Made by a program: the position numbers and the translations under genes. DNA of 33,196 bases from a virus (lineage: Duplodnaviria; Caudoviricetes), in IMG/VR virus record IMGVR_UViG_3300023105_000105, positions 1-33,196 of that record. One strand, 5' to 3'. Below are positions 9,599 to 17,177 of this stretch, piece by piece. Position 1 is the first letter of the stretch. Every line of letters begins with the position of its first letter. The notes beneath the pieces were generated by a model that worked only from the letters and a program-made list of their open reading frames with translations, had not been told where the DNA came from and searched no databases.

Positions 9599-12052
9599 AT
9601 GCCAACTACAGTTCAATTTAGAAGAGGGACAACCGCCGAGAACGACAACTTTACTGGTGCCGTCGGTGAATTGTCCGTAGATACTACACTAAAACAAGTT
9701 CGTCTCCATGACGGTGTAACCGCAGGTGGACATGTTGTTGGTGATAGTGACCACGCAACATGGACAGAATTACTTGCTACCAATACAGCAATCCGTGCTT
9801 TGACGACAGCAAATGCTACAGAAATAGGTGATGTATGGTCAGGATTAATAGCAACCAATACTGCGATTAGAAGTTTAGTTAGTTCTAACGACACAGATAT
9901 ATCCAATCTACAATCAGAAGATTCTAGTTTATGGTCGGCAATCACTGCCACTAACACAGCCATTCGTTCTATCACAACTGCTAACGCAACTGAGATTGGT
10001 GATGTATGGACTGGTCTTAAATCAACTAACACCGCTATCCGTTCGTTAGTAACTTCTAACGATTCAGACATTTCAAGTCTACAGACTGAGGATTCTAATT
10101 TATGGTCTGCTATTACAGCAACTAACACCGCTATCCGTTCGTTGGTATCTTCAAATGATAATGATATCGATGCTATCAATACTAATTTAGACCAAAAACT
10201 AGGTGCTACTTCTAGTGTGACTTTAACTGGTGCGGTCACTGGTTCTGCTTCATTCAGTGCTAATGCTGTATCAATCACAACAACTGCTACTTCAGACCCT
10301 ACATTAACACTATCTGGTGATGTAAGTGGTTCTGCTACATTTACCAACTTGGGTAATGCTACATTAACAGCAACTGTTGCTGACGATTCGCATAATCACT
10401 CTAGTTCTTCTGGTGCGTTTACGGTCGGTGGTGACCTAACTGTATCTGGTGGTGATATTACTTTATCGGGAACTGGTCGTATTCAAGGTATCGATACTGT
10501 ATCAGCAGGAACTGATGCTGCTAGCAAAACTTATGTAGATACTGCTGTTGCTGGAGTTGTAGATTCAGCACCTGCTGCTCTTGATACTCTAAACGAGTTG
10601 GCTGCAGCTCTTAATGATGATGCTAATGCATTTACAACCCTTAACACAAACATCAGTCAAAAGTTGGGTGCTACTGCTAGTGTAACTTTAACTGGTGATG
10701 TATCAGGTTCTGGTTCATTCAGTTCTAACGCAGTATCCATTTCAGTAACTGTTGCTGATGACTCACATAACCATGTCCTATCAAATATTGATGGTATTAC
10801 TGCTACTGTTGCTGAATTAAACATTATGGATGGTGTAACAGCATCTACTGCTGAGATTAATAAACTAGACGGTGTAACAGCAACTACTACTGAGTTAAAT
10901 TATGTTGATGGTGTTACCTCTGCTATTCAAACTCAAATAGATGAAAAACAAGACACACTCACTGGTGGTGCTACTACAATTGCTTCAAGTGACCTAACAA
11001 CCAACCGTGCATTAATTTCAAATGGTTCAGGAAAAGTTGGGGTATCTGCGGTTACTTCAACTGAATTAGGATACTTAGATGGTGTAACATCAGCAATTCA
11101 AACACAAATTGATAGTAAACAAGCAACTGTCAATGGTGGTGCTTCTACAATTACTTCAAGTAACTTGGGTGCATCAAGAGCATTAATTTCAAATGGTTCT
11201 GGTAAAGTCGCAGTATCTGCCGTAACTTCAACTGAATTAGGATACTTAGATGGTGTTACCTCTGCTATTCAAACTCAGTTAAATGCTAAACAAGCAAGTG
11301 GTTCTTACGCAGTAACTACTAATAACCTTTCCGATTTGAGTTCAGCATCTACTGCTAGAACAAATCTTGGTTTGGGTTCACTTGCTACACTATCGGCAGT
11401 TGGTGCTTCTCAGATTACTGATAACACTGTTGGTGCTGCTGAGTTGAATGTTTCTGGTAACGGTTCAACTTCTCAGTTCTTAAGGTCTGATGGTGATGGT
11501 TCGTTCTCTTGGGCAACTCCAACTGATACTAATACTACTTACACTGGTGGTTCTGGTATAACTTTATCATCTACTACATTTAATCTTGATAGTGATGTCA
11601 GAGGTGATATGTGGACAATGGGTAGAGATACAAACGATTACTTTACTGTTGGCACAACAACTCAGAGTTGGTATCTAGATGGTGCTGAAGATATGAGATT
11701 GACTAACAATGGTAACTTAGATGTTGAAGGTAATGTTGTTGCTCACTCATCAACTGTATCAGATAGAAATCTTAAAGATAACATCGAAAAGATTGAGGGT
11801 GCTTTAGATATGGTTAAAGCATTAAACGGTTATACATTCACATATAAGAAAGATGGTCGTTTAGGTGCTGGACTTATTGCTCAAGAAGTACAAGAAGTCT
11901 TACCAAGAGCAGTTACTGAACATGAAATTCTTAATACAGAAGGTTCACATTTAATTCTTGAATATGACCAAATTCACGGTATACTTGTTGAAGCAATTAA
12001 AGAGCAACAAGCACAGATAGAAGAATTAAAAAATATTATAAATAGTAAATAA
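9599..12052 (+). CDS. Distal tail fibre: QFRRGT N-terminus, C-terminal S74-like chaperone
   Basis: MPTTVQFRRGT; ATNTAIR repeats; DDSHNH twice; TEL.Y.DGVTSAIQTQ repeats; SDRNLKDNI...GLIAQEV. Confidence 0.88.
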   Translation: MPTTVQFRRGTTAENDNFTGAVGELSVDTTLKQVRLHDGVTAGGHVVGDSDHATWTELLATNTAIRALTTANATEIGDVWSGLIATNTAIRSLVSSNDTDISNLQSEDSSLWSAITATNTAIRSITTANATEIGDVWTGLKSTNTAIRSLVTSNDSDISSLQTEDSNLWSAITATNTAIRSLVSSNDNDIDAINTNLDQKLGATSSVTLTGAVTGSASFSANAVSITTTATSDPTLTLSGDVSGSATFTNLGNATLTATVADDSHNHSSSSGAFTVGGDLTVSGGDITLSGTGRIQGIDTVSAGTDAASKTYVDTAVAGVVDSAPAALDTLNELAAALNDDANAFTTLNTNISQKLGATASVTLTGDVSGSGSFSSNAVSISVTVADDSHNHVLSNIDGITATVAELNIMDGVTASTAEINKLDGVTATTTELNYVDGVTSAIQTQIDEKQDTLTGGATTIASSDLTTNRALISNGSGKVGVSAVTSTELGYLDGVTSAIQTQIDSKQATVNGGASTITSSNLGASRALISNGSGKVAVSAVTSTELGYLDGVTSAIQTQLNAKQASGSYAVTTNNLSDLSSASTARTNLGLGSLATLSAVGASQITDNTVGAAELNVSGNGSTSQFLRSDGDGSFSWATPTDTNTTYTGGSGITLSSTTFNLDSDVRGDMWTMGRDTNDYFTVGTTTQSWYLDGAEDMRLTNNGNLDVEGNVVAHSSTVSDRNLKDNIEKIEGALDMVKALNGYTFTYKKDGRLGAGLIAQEVQEVLPRAVTEHEILNTEGSHLILEYDQIHGILVEAIKEQQAQIEELKNIINSK
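12037..12044 (+). promoter_or_regulatory. T4-type late promoter in the last codons of the fibre gene
   Basis: TATAAATA about 30 nt upstream of ATG 12075, which has an AAGGAG SD. Confidence 0.75.
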
Positions 12053-12074
12053 AAGAAATTAAGGAGATTACATT

Positions 12075-12806
12075 ATGCCTACTACACTTACATCAACTGG
12101 TATTCAGTTTCCAGATGCTACAGTTCAGACTACTCTAGCAGAAGGTGGTGGTGGAATTTATCGAACAAGGAGTCTCGATTTTAACTCAACTGGCACTTAC
12201 AGTAAAAACCCAGCAACTACTATGATATCAGCACATGTTAAAGGTGGTGGTGGAAGAATTACTGGTGCTCAAGGACACGGCACACAAGAGTATGGTGGCG
12301 GTGGTGCTGGTGGTGCTTATGCTCTAATATCTGCAGATGATATATCTGCGACTCAACCAGTTACCGTTGGTGGGGCTGGAGGAACTTCAACCTTTTATAA
12401 TTTAGTAGGTGGCGGAACAAATAATAGAGTTGCTGGCACTGCTTCTATAAACGGCACATATATATTTGGAAGTTCAAGTTCTGGAGGATTTGGCGGTCAA
12501 ATGGGTTGGCAAGGTGGTGGTCAAGGAGGTGGAAACTCCCACGCCGGAGGTGGAGGCGGTGGCGGTGGTCAAGCCCCAACTGGCGGCGGTGCGCCAGGTG
12601 GTGAAGGAAGTTATTGGAATCAGGGGTCAATGCCAGAATACTTTATGAGTGGCGGTAATGGTGGTGCGGGTGGACATCAGTTCCATGGAGGCACTGGTGG
12701 TGGTGGAAATCCAGGAAAACCAGGAAACAGTTATCCATATCAAGGTGCACCAGGACAAAATGGCGGAACTGGTAAGGTAAGAATCTGCGAATGGGACGCA
12801 ATGTAA
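12075..12806 (+). CDS. Glycine-rich virion protein, candidate fibre-tip adhesin
   Basis: TGIQFPDATVQTT N-terminus; many GGxGG runs; ends GGTGKVRICEW. Confidence 0.7.
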   Translation: MPTTLTSTGIQFPDATVQTTLAEGGGGIYRTRSLDFNSTGTYSKNPATTMISAHVKGGGGRITGAQGHGTQEYGGGGAGGAYALISADDISATQPVTVGGAGGTSTFYNLVGGGTNNRVAGTASINGTYIFGSSSSGGFGGQMGWQGGGQGGGNSHAGGGGGGGGQAPTGGGAPGGEGSYWNQGSMPEYFMSGGNGGAGGHQFHGGTGGGGNPGKPGNSYPYQGAPGQNGGTGKVRICEWDAM

Positions 12807-12826
12807 TTAAATAAAGGTGTATTAAA

Positions 12827-13288
12827 ATGGCAAAACAAATATCAACAATAGACACTGATGGAGTAATTACCGATATTATAATGGTTGACGATGATTATAG
12901 TTTATCATCAAGTGAAAAAATTAATTATTGCCAAAGTGTAGGTGAAACTTGGTCACAAGATACTCAAGATGAGTTTTTGGAACTTCAAAATGCTATAGCA
13001 AATAGAGAAGCAAGAAACAAATTATTAGCAGAATGTGATTGGACGCAAATGAGTGATTCTAATCTTAGTGCTAATACTCAAGCAGAATGGGCAACATATA
13101 GACAAGAATTAAGAGATATGCCTTCTTCAAACTCATTCGTCACAACATCACCCGAATGGCCTATAAGACCAGATTCAGATTATTCTCGTATTCAGTTTGA
13201 TGCTGATGGACAACCAGTTTTTCATTCGGATGGTATTAGAATTTTAGATGTCGATGGTAATCCATTAGAATATCCTTTAAATATCTAA
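12827..13288 (+). CDS. Phage tail fibre assembly chaperone
   Basis: R..RNKLLAECDWTQMSD...WATYRQELRDMP...WP.RP signature of tail assembly chaperones. Confidence 0.8.
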   Translation: MAKQISTIDTDGVITDIIMVDDDYSLSSSEKINYCQSVGETWSQDTQDEFLELQNAIANREARNKLLAECDWTQMSDSNLSANTQAEWATYRQELRDMPSSNSFVTTSPEWPIRPDSDYSRIQFDADGQPVFHSDGIRILDVDGNPLEYPLNI

Positions 13289-13306
13289 AAATTTCATATA
13301 AAAAAG

Positions 13307-13332
13307 AAAGCACCCTTCTGGGTGTTTTTTTT
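13307..13332 (+). terminator. Rho-independent terminator
   Basis: GCACCC-TTCT-GGGTGT plus a T run; the A run upstream suggests it may be bidirectional. Confidence 0.85.
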
Positions 13333-13349
13333 GGCGAATAATTTTTCAT

Positions 13350-13357
13350 TATAAATA
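13350..13357 (+). promoter_or_regulatory. T4-type late promoter for gp13
   Basis: TATAAATA, intergenic. Confidence 0.85.
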
Positions 13358-13388
13358 GTATAATAACGAATTTCAATGGAATTATACT

Positions 13389-14129
13389 ATGGCAACCCCC
13401 ACTACAAGAACAGAGTTTAAAAAGTATTGCCTGAGAGAATTAGGACACCCAGTAGTAGAAATAAATGTAGACGAAGACCAAGTTCAAGACCGTATTGACG
13501 ATGCTCTTGATTACTATCGTGATTTTCACTACGATGGGTCTTTCGAAGATTACTACAAGCATGTAATAACATCTTCAGACATCTCTAACGGTTATATTAC
13601 ACTAGATGAAGACATTCATAGTGTTGTAGATATATTTCCAGTAGGACAAGGTCTTAACTCAAGTAATCTATTCAATCTTAAATATCATATTACTCTTAAT
13701 GAGATATATGACTGGGCTCACGGTCAGTTTGCTAACTATACAATGACCAAAGAAAGAATCGCATTACTTAATGAAATATTTGTAGGTAAACAACTATTCA
13801 GATTTAATCGTCATACAGACAAACTATACATTGATATGGATTGGGATGTAATGACTGCTGGTGAGTATATCGTTATTAAATGTTATAGAACAGCAGACGC
13901 AGATACTTATTCTGATGTATGGTCAGACAGATGGTTAAGAAAATATGCTACTCAATTAATTAAAAGACAATGGGGTACAAACCTTAAGAAGTTCTCTGGT
14001 ATGCAACTTCCTGGAGGTTTAACCTTTAATGGTGAACAAATCTATCAGGAGGCAGAAGAAGAAATTAAAAGGTTAGAGGAAGAAGTCATTAACACATACT
14101 CAATGCCGTCTTATGATATGATAGGATAA
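13389..14129 (+). CDS. gp13: Neck protein gp13
   Basis: YCLRELGHPVVEINVDEDQVQDRIDDAL...KRQWGTNLKKFSGMQLPGG; synteny. Confidence 0.93.
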   Translation: MATPTTRTEFKKYCLRELGHPVVEINVDEDQVQDRIDDALDYYRDFHYDGSFEDYYKHVITSSDISNGYITLDEDIHSVVDIFPVGQGLNSSNLFNLKYHITLNEIYDWAHGQFANYTMTKERIALLNEIFVGKQLFRFNRHTDKLYIDMDWDVMTAGEYIVIKCYRTADADTYSDVWSDRWLRKYATQLIKRQWGTNLKKFSGMQLPGGLTFNGEQIYQEAEEEIKRLEEEVINTYSMPSYDMIG

Positions 14130-14131
14130 TT

Positions 14132-14887
14132 ATGGCAACTAATCTTTATTTCAACAATTACGGTCACCAACAATCTCAATGGTTAATTGAAGACCTTATC
14201 ATAGAATCAATTAAGATTTATGGTATGGAAGTTTATTATATTCCAAGAACCATCGTATCAGAAGACACTATCTTTGGTGAAGATACTATATCATCTTTCG
14301 ACGAGGCATTACCTTTAGAAATGTATATTAAGAATGTTGATGGTTTCGAAGGAGAGGGCGATTTCTTATCTAAGTTTGGTTTAGAGATTAGAGACGAAAT
14401 GACTTTCACTGTTGCTAAAAGAAGATATGAAGAAGAGATAACTTCTCATAGTCATGCTGGAACGGATACAGTATCACATACTCAATCATTAAGACCAGTT
14501 GAAGGTGATTTAATTTACTTCCCACTTAATGGTAAACTGTTTGAAATTAAGTTTGTTGAACACGAAGCAATCTTCTATCAAATGGGTAATTTACAAACTT
14601 ATGATTTGCGTTGTGAATTATTTGAATACAGTCATCAAGCTATTGATACTGGTATTACAGAGATTGATGCTGTTGAAACTGCTTACTCTGGTGATATGGG
14701 ATTCTATGAGTTACTTGATGAAGCAGGTAATACTCTTGTTACAGAAGCAGGTGAAAGTATTATTAATGATGGTTACCGTATTGAAGATACTGACAATTCA
14801 GCAAACAATGAATTGTTCCAAACATCTTCGGTTTCATTTATTGATTTCTCAGAATCTAATCCATTCTCTGAAGGGAGTAGTTGGTAA
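14132..14887 (+). CDS. gp14: Neck protein gp14
   Basis: EDLIIESIKIYG...YYIPR...SKFGLEIRDE...RPVEGDLIYFP; synteny. Confidence 0.93.
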   Translation: MATNLYFNNYGHQQSQWLIEDLIIESIKIYGMEVYYIPRTIVSEDTIFGEDTISSFDEALPLEMYIKNVDGFEGEGDFLSKFGLEIRDEMTFTVAKRRYEEEITSHSHAGTDTVSHTQSLRPVEGDLIYFPLNGKLFEIKFVEHEAIFYQMGNLQTYDLRCELFEYSHQAIDTGITEIDAVETAYSGDMGFYELLDEAGNTLVTEAGESIINDGYRIEDTDNSANNELFQTSSVSFIDFSESNPFSEGSSW

Positions 14888-15732
14888 TGTTTGGTCACGA
14901 TTATTATCACGGAGTTATTCGTAAATATATTGTTATGTTTGGCAATATGTTTAATGATATTAACATAGAAAGATTTAATAACTCAGGAACTTCTGTTCAA
15001 ACAATTCGTGTTCCTATCGCATATGGTCCGAGAGAAAAGTTTCTTGCTCGTCTAAATCAAGATGCTAATTTAAGTAGAGAAGTTGCTATTCAGTTACCTC
15101 GTTTATCTTTTGAGATAACTGATATGACATATGCCCCAGATAGAAGTTTAAACAAACTACAAAGAAATACTGCTTTGGGTGATAATGGTGATAGTTTAAG
15201 AAGTCAATTTACACCAGTCCCATATGATATTAATATATCTTTATATGGTATGTTTGATAACAATGAAGATGCTGTTCAAGTGGTAGAACAAATATTACCA
15301 TTCTTTAGACCAGAGTGGACAAACACAGTTAAACTTATTCCAGAGATGAGTGATTATATTGATGTTCCTACTGTATTAAATGGTATGTCTATTGAAGATA
15401 CATATGAGGCAGACTTTCAATCTCGTAGAGCAATTATATATACTTTTAACTTTACTGTTAAAGGTTTGATATACGGTCCAGTTTCTAAGAAGGGTGTTAT
15501 TAAGAGAACATATATTGATATCACTGCTCAAGATTCTAATACAGCAATTGGCACAGAAGCAGGTCCACATAGAAGAACAAGAATTCAGCCAGGAATGTAT
15601 GCTAATGGTACACCAACTGCGAATAGTAGTGCTTCTATATCGATTTCTAGTATCAATGCGAATAACAATTGGACATACGCTTTTGACGACTATGATTATT
15701 TTGATGGGGTAAATAGACATAACCACGATTGA
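14887..15732 (+). CDS. gp15: Tail sheath stabiliser/terminator gp15
   Basis: FGNMFNDI...VPIAYGPREKFLARL...LPRLSFE...EQILPFFRP. Start placed at ATG 14887 (TAATG overlap with gp14). Confidence 0.93.
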   Translation: MFGHDYYHGVIRKYIVMFGNMFNDINIERFNNSGTSVQTIRVPIAYGPREKFLARLNQDANLSREVAIQLPRLSFEITDMTYAPDRSLNKLQRNTALGDNGDSLRSQFTPVPYDINISLYGMFDNNEDAVQVVEQILPFFRPEWTNTVKLIPEMSDYIDVPTVLNGMSIEDTYEADFQSRRAIIYTFNFTVKGLIYGPVSKKGVIKRTYIDITAQDSNTAIGTEAGPHRRTRIQPGMYANGTPTANSSASISISSINANNNWTYAFDDYDYFDGVNRHNHD

Positions 15733-15757
15733 CTTTAATACCCCTTTATGGTATAAT
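15729..15757 (+). promoter_or_regulatory. Sigma70-type promoter upstream of gp16
   Basis: TTGACT-17 bp-TATAAT with TGG extended -10; ATG follows after 5 nt. Confidence 0.75.
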
Positions 15758-15762
15758 ATAAT

Positions 15763-16188
15763 ATGGCAACACAATTTGAAAAAAATCTAAATGAAATATT
15801 CGATATTGATGGTGAGATAGTTTCAGAAGAAACAAAAGACTTACCTGCGGTTCAGAAAGAAACCAAAGAAGAAGATATCGAAAACGATTACGACTTTGCT
15901 CGTAAGAATCTCTATGATGTAATTGGTAAGGGAACAGATGCCCTTGACCATCTCATCGAATTAGCAAAAGTATCAGAACACCCAAGAGCATTTGAGGTGG
16001 TTGCTACTTTATCAAAAACATTAATGGATGCTAACAAAGACCTATTGAATATTCAAAAGAAAGTTAAAGACTTACAAAAAGAAGAAGAGGCAAAGGGTGG
16101 TGATGTTAAGAATGTAACTAATGCTTTGTTTGTCGGTTCGACAGCAGAGATGTTGAAAATGTTAAAAGATGAAAAAACTGAAGAATAG
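15763..16188 (+). CDS. gp16: Terminase small subunit gp16
   Basis: DYDFARKNL...SEHPRAFEV...NALFVGSTAEMLKML. Confidence 0.92.
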   Translation: MATQFEKNLNEIFDIDGEIVSEETKDLPAVQKETKEEDIENDYDFARKNLYDVIGKGTDALDHLIELAKVSEHPRAFEVVATLSKTLMDANKDLLNIQKKVKDLQKEEEAKGGDVKNVTNALFVGSTAEMLKMLKDEKTEE

Positions 16189-16348
16189 TGAAATTTATAC
16201 AATAAGACTACAAGGTGGTAGGATAGAAAGATTAATAGAATTAATTCAAAAGTCTGATTTAACAGATGAGTGGAAAGAAACTTATATCAATGATATAGAA
16301 CAACAAGTTGATGAAGAAGTTGTTCCTATTATTAGAAGTATATGGTAA
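16169..16348 (+). CDS. 59-aa hypothetical protein missing from the ORF track
   Basis: Manual translation MKKLKNSEIYTIRLQGGRIERLIELIQKSDLTDEWKETYINDIEQQVDEEVVPIIRSIW*; fills the gap exactly and overlaps both neighbours. Confidence 0.7.
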   Translation: MKKLKNSEIYTIRLQGGRIERLIELIQKSDLTDEWKETYINDIEQQVDEEVVPIIRSIW

Positions 16349-16722
16349 GAATATTATTAGTTTTATTTTTGAGTGGTTGTCAAGGTATGCCAGTTATGGA
16401 TGCCTTTTCTGTAGTAAACATATTTCAAGAGGCAACTAAAAAACAACCAGAAAAACCTGCTAAGGTTGTAGCAGAAAATGCTTATGACGAAGAGAGGTTT
16501 TATGACTCATCTCATAACTGGAATAACACTAAATCTACAAAGGTCGAAAAAATAAAAATATCACCAGAACCGACCCGTAAAGAGGTCAAAAAGACCGAAC
16601 AAGAGACGGAAGTAGAAAAAGAATGGTCTATACCTTTACCCCTCATTTTAATCGTTTTACTCTCTGGGACAATGTATTTTATAAATACAGTTAGATATTA
16701 TAGACAGAGGAATGAAAAATGA
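16342..16722 (+). CDS. Lipoprotein with C-terminal transmembrane helix (u-spanin-like architecture)
   Basis: MVRILLVLFLSG|C lipobox; hydrophilic middle; WSIPLPLILIVLLSGTMYFI TM segment followed by basic RYYRQRNEK. Confidence 0.6.
   Translation: MVRILLVLFLSGCQGMPVMDAFSVVNIFQEATKKQPEKPAKVVAENAYDEERFYDSSHNWNNTKSTKVEKIKISPEPTRKEVKKTEQETEVEKEWSIPLPLILIVLLSGTMYFINTVRYYRQRNEK
16680..16687 (+). promoter_or_regulatory. Intragenic T4-type late promoter
   Basis: TATAAATA 31 nt upstream of ATG 16719 (GAGG SD). Confidence 0.65.
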
Positions 16723-17177
16723 TACCAGTTGAATTGATAACAATGGCAGGTGGTGCTGCTATGGGTGGTTTGTTCAAGTTTATGGACGCCGCTCAAAAGA
16801 ATAAAGCAGAGCAACAAAAACTTCTAATTCAGAAGAACGAATCAGACCAAAAACTAAAAGCTGCTGACAGAGAGTCCGCAACTGCTTCGGCTGATGCTGC
16901 TGCTAAAAGAGTCGGTAATGACCCATTCGCAAAAATGACAAGAAGAATATTTGTTCTTTCTATGTTAGGTATGGGTGCTTGGGCAATGATGGGTGCTTTG
17001 TGGGGACTAGACATTGTTGTTCCAGTTGAGGTTCAAAAAGGTGTAAACATTTTAGGTCTTTTTGATAATACACATACAACTACTGAATTCTTTAGATTTG
17101 AGAATGCTATTGTTCATTTCGAATGGTTAAAGATTTCTATACTTGCTGCGGGTTCATTCTATCTCGGTAAGTCATAA
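16719..17177 (+). CDS. Membrane protein, putative holin
   Basis: Hydrophobic Gly-rich N-terminus, coiled segment, TRR followed by a TM helix, C-terminal hydrophobic helix ending FYLG; resembles 3-TM holin-like proteins. Confidence 0.5.
   Translation: MIPVELITMAGGAAMGGLFKFMDAAQKNKAEQQKLLIQKNESDQKLKAADRESATASADAAAKRVGNDPFAKMTRRIFVLSMLGMGAWAMMGALWGLDIVVPVEVQKGVNILGLFDNTHTTTEFFRFENAIVHFEWLKISILAAGSFYLGKS

Noticed and set aside
5030-10145. Regularly spaced direct repeats resembling a CRISPR array
   Set aside because: Units are in-frame multiples of 3, degenerate at wobble positions, and lie inside ORFs; there are no unique spacers or cas genes.
343-10347. Long minus-strand ORFs (e.g. 862-1257, 4903-5256, 9613-10347) and short alternate-frame plus ORFs
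   Set aside because: They are shadows of the strongly biased, repetitive fibre codons, with no SD, promoter or recognisable motifs.
6635-12052. Diversity-generating retroelement suggested by the Mtd_N-like domains and duplicated C-termini
   Set aside because: No reverse transcriptase in the window; both copies are coding and the differences are not adenine-specific.
14881-14889. Track start for gp15 at TTG 14881
   Set aside because: ATG 14887 in a TAATG overlap gives the typical MFG start.
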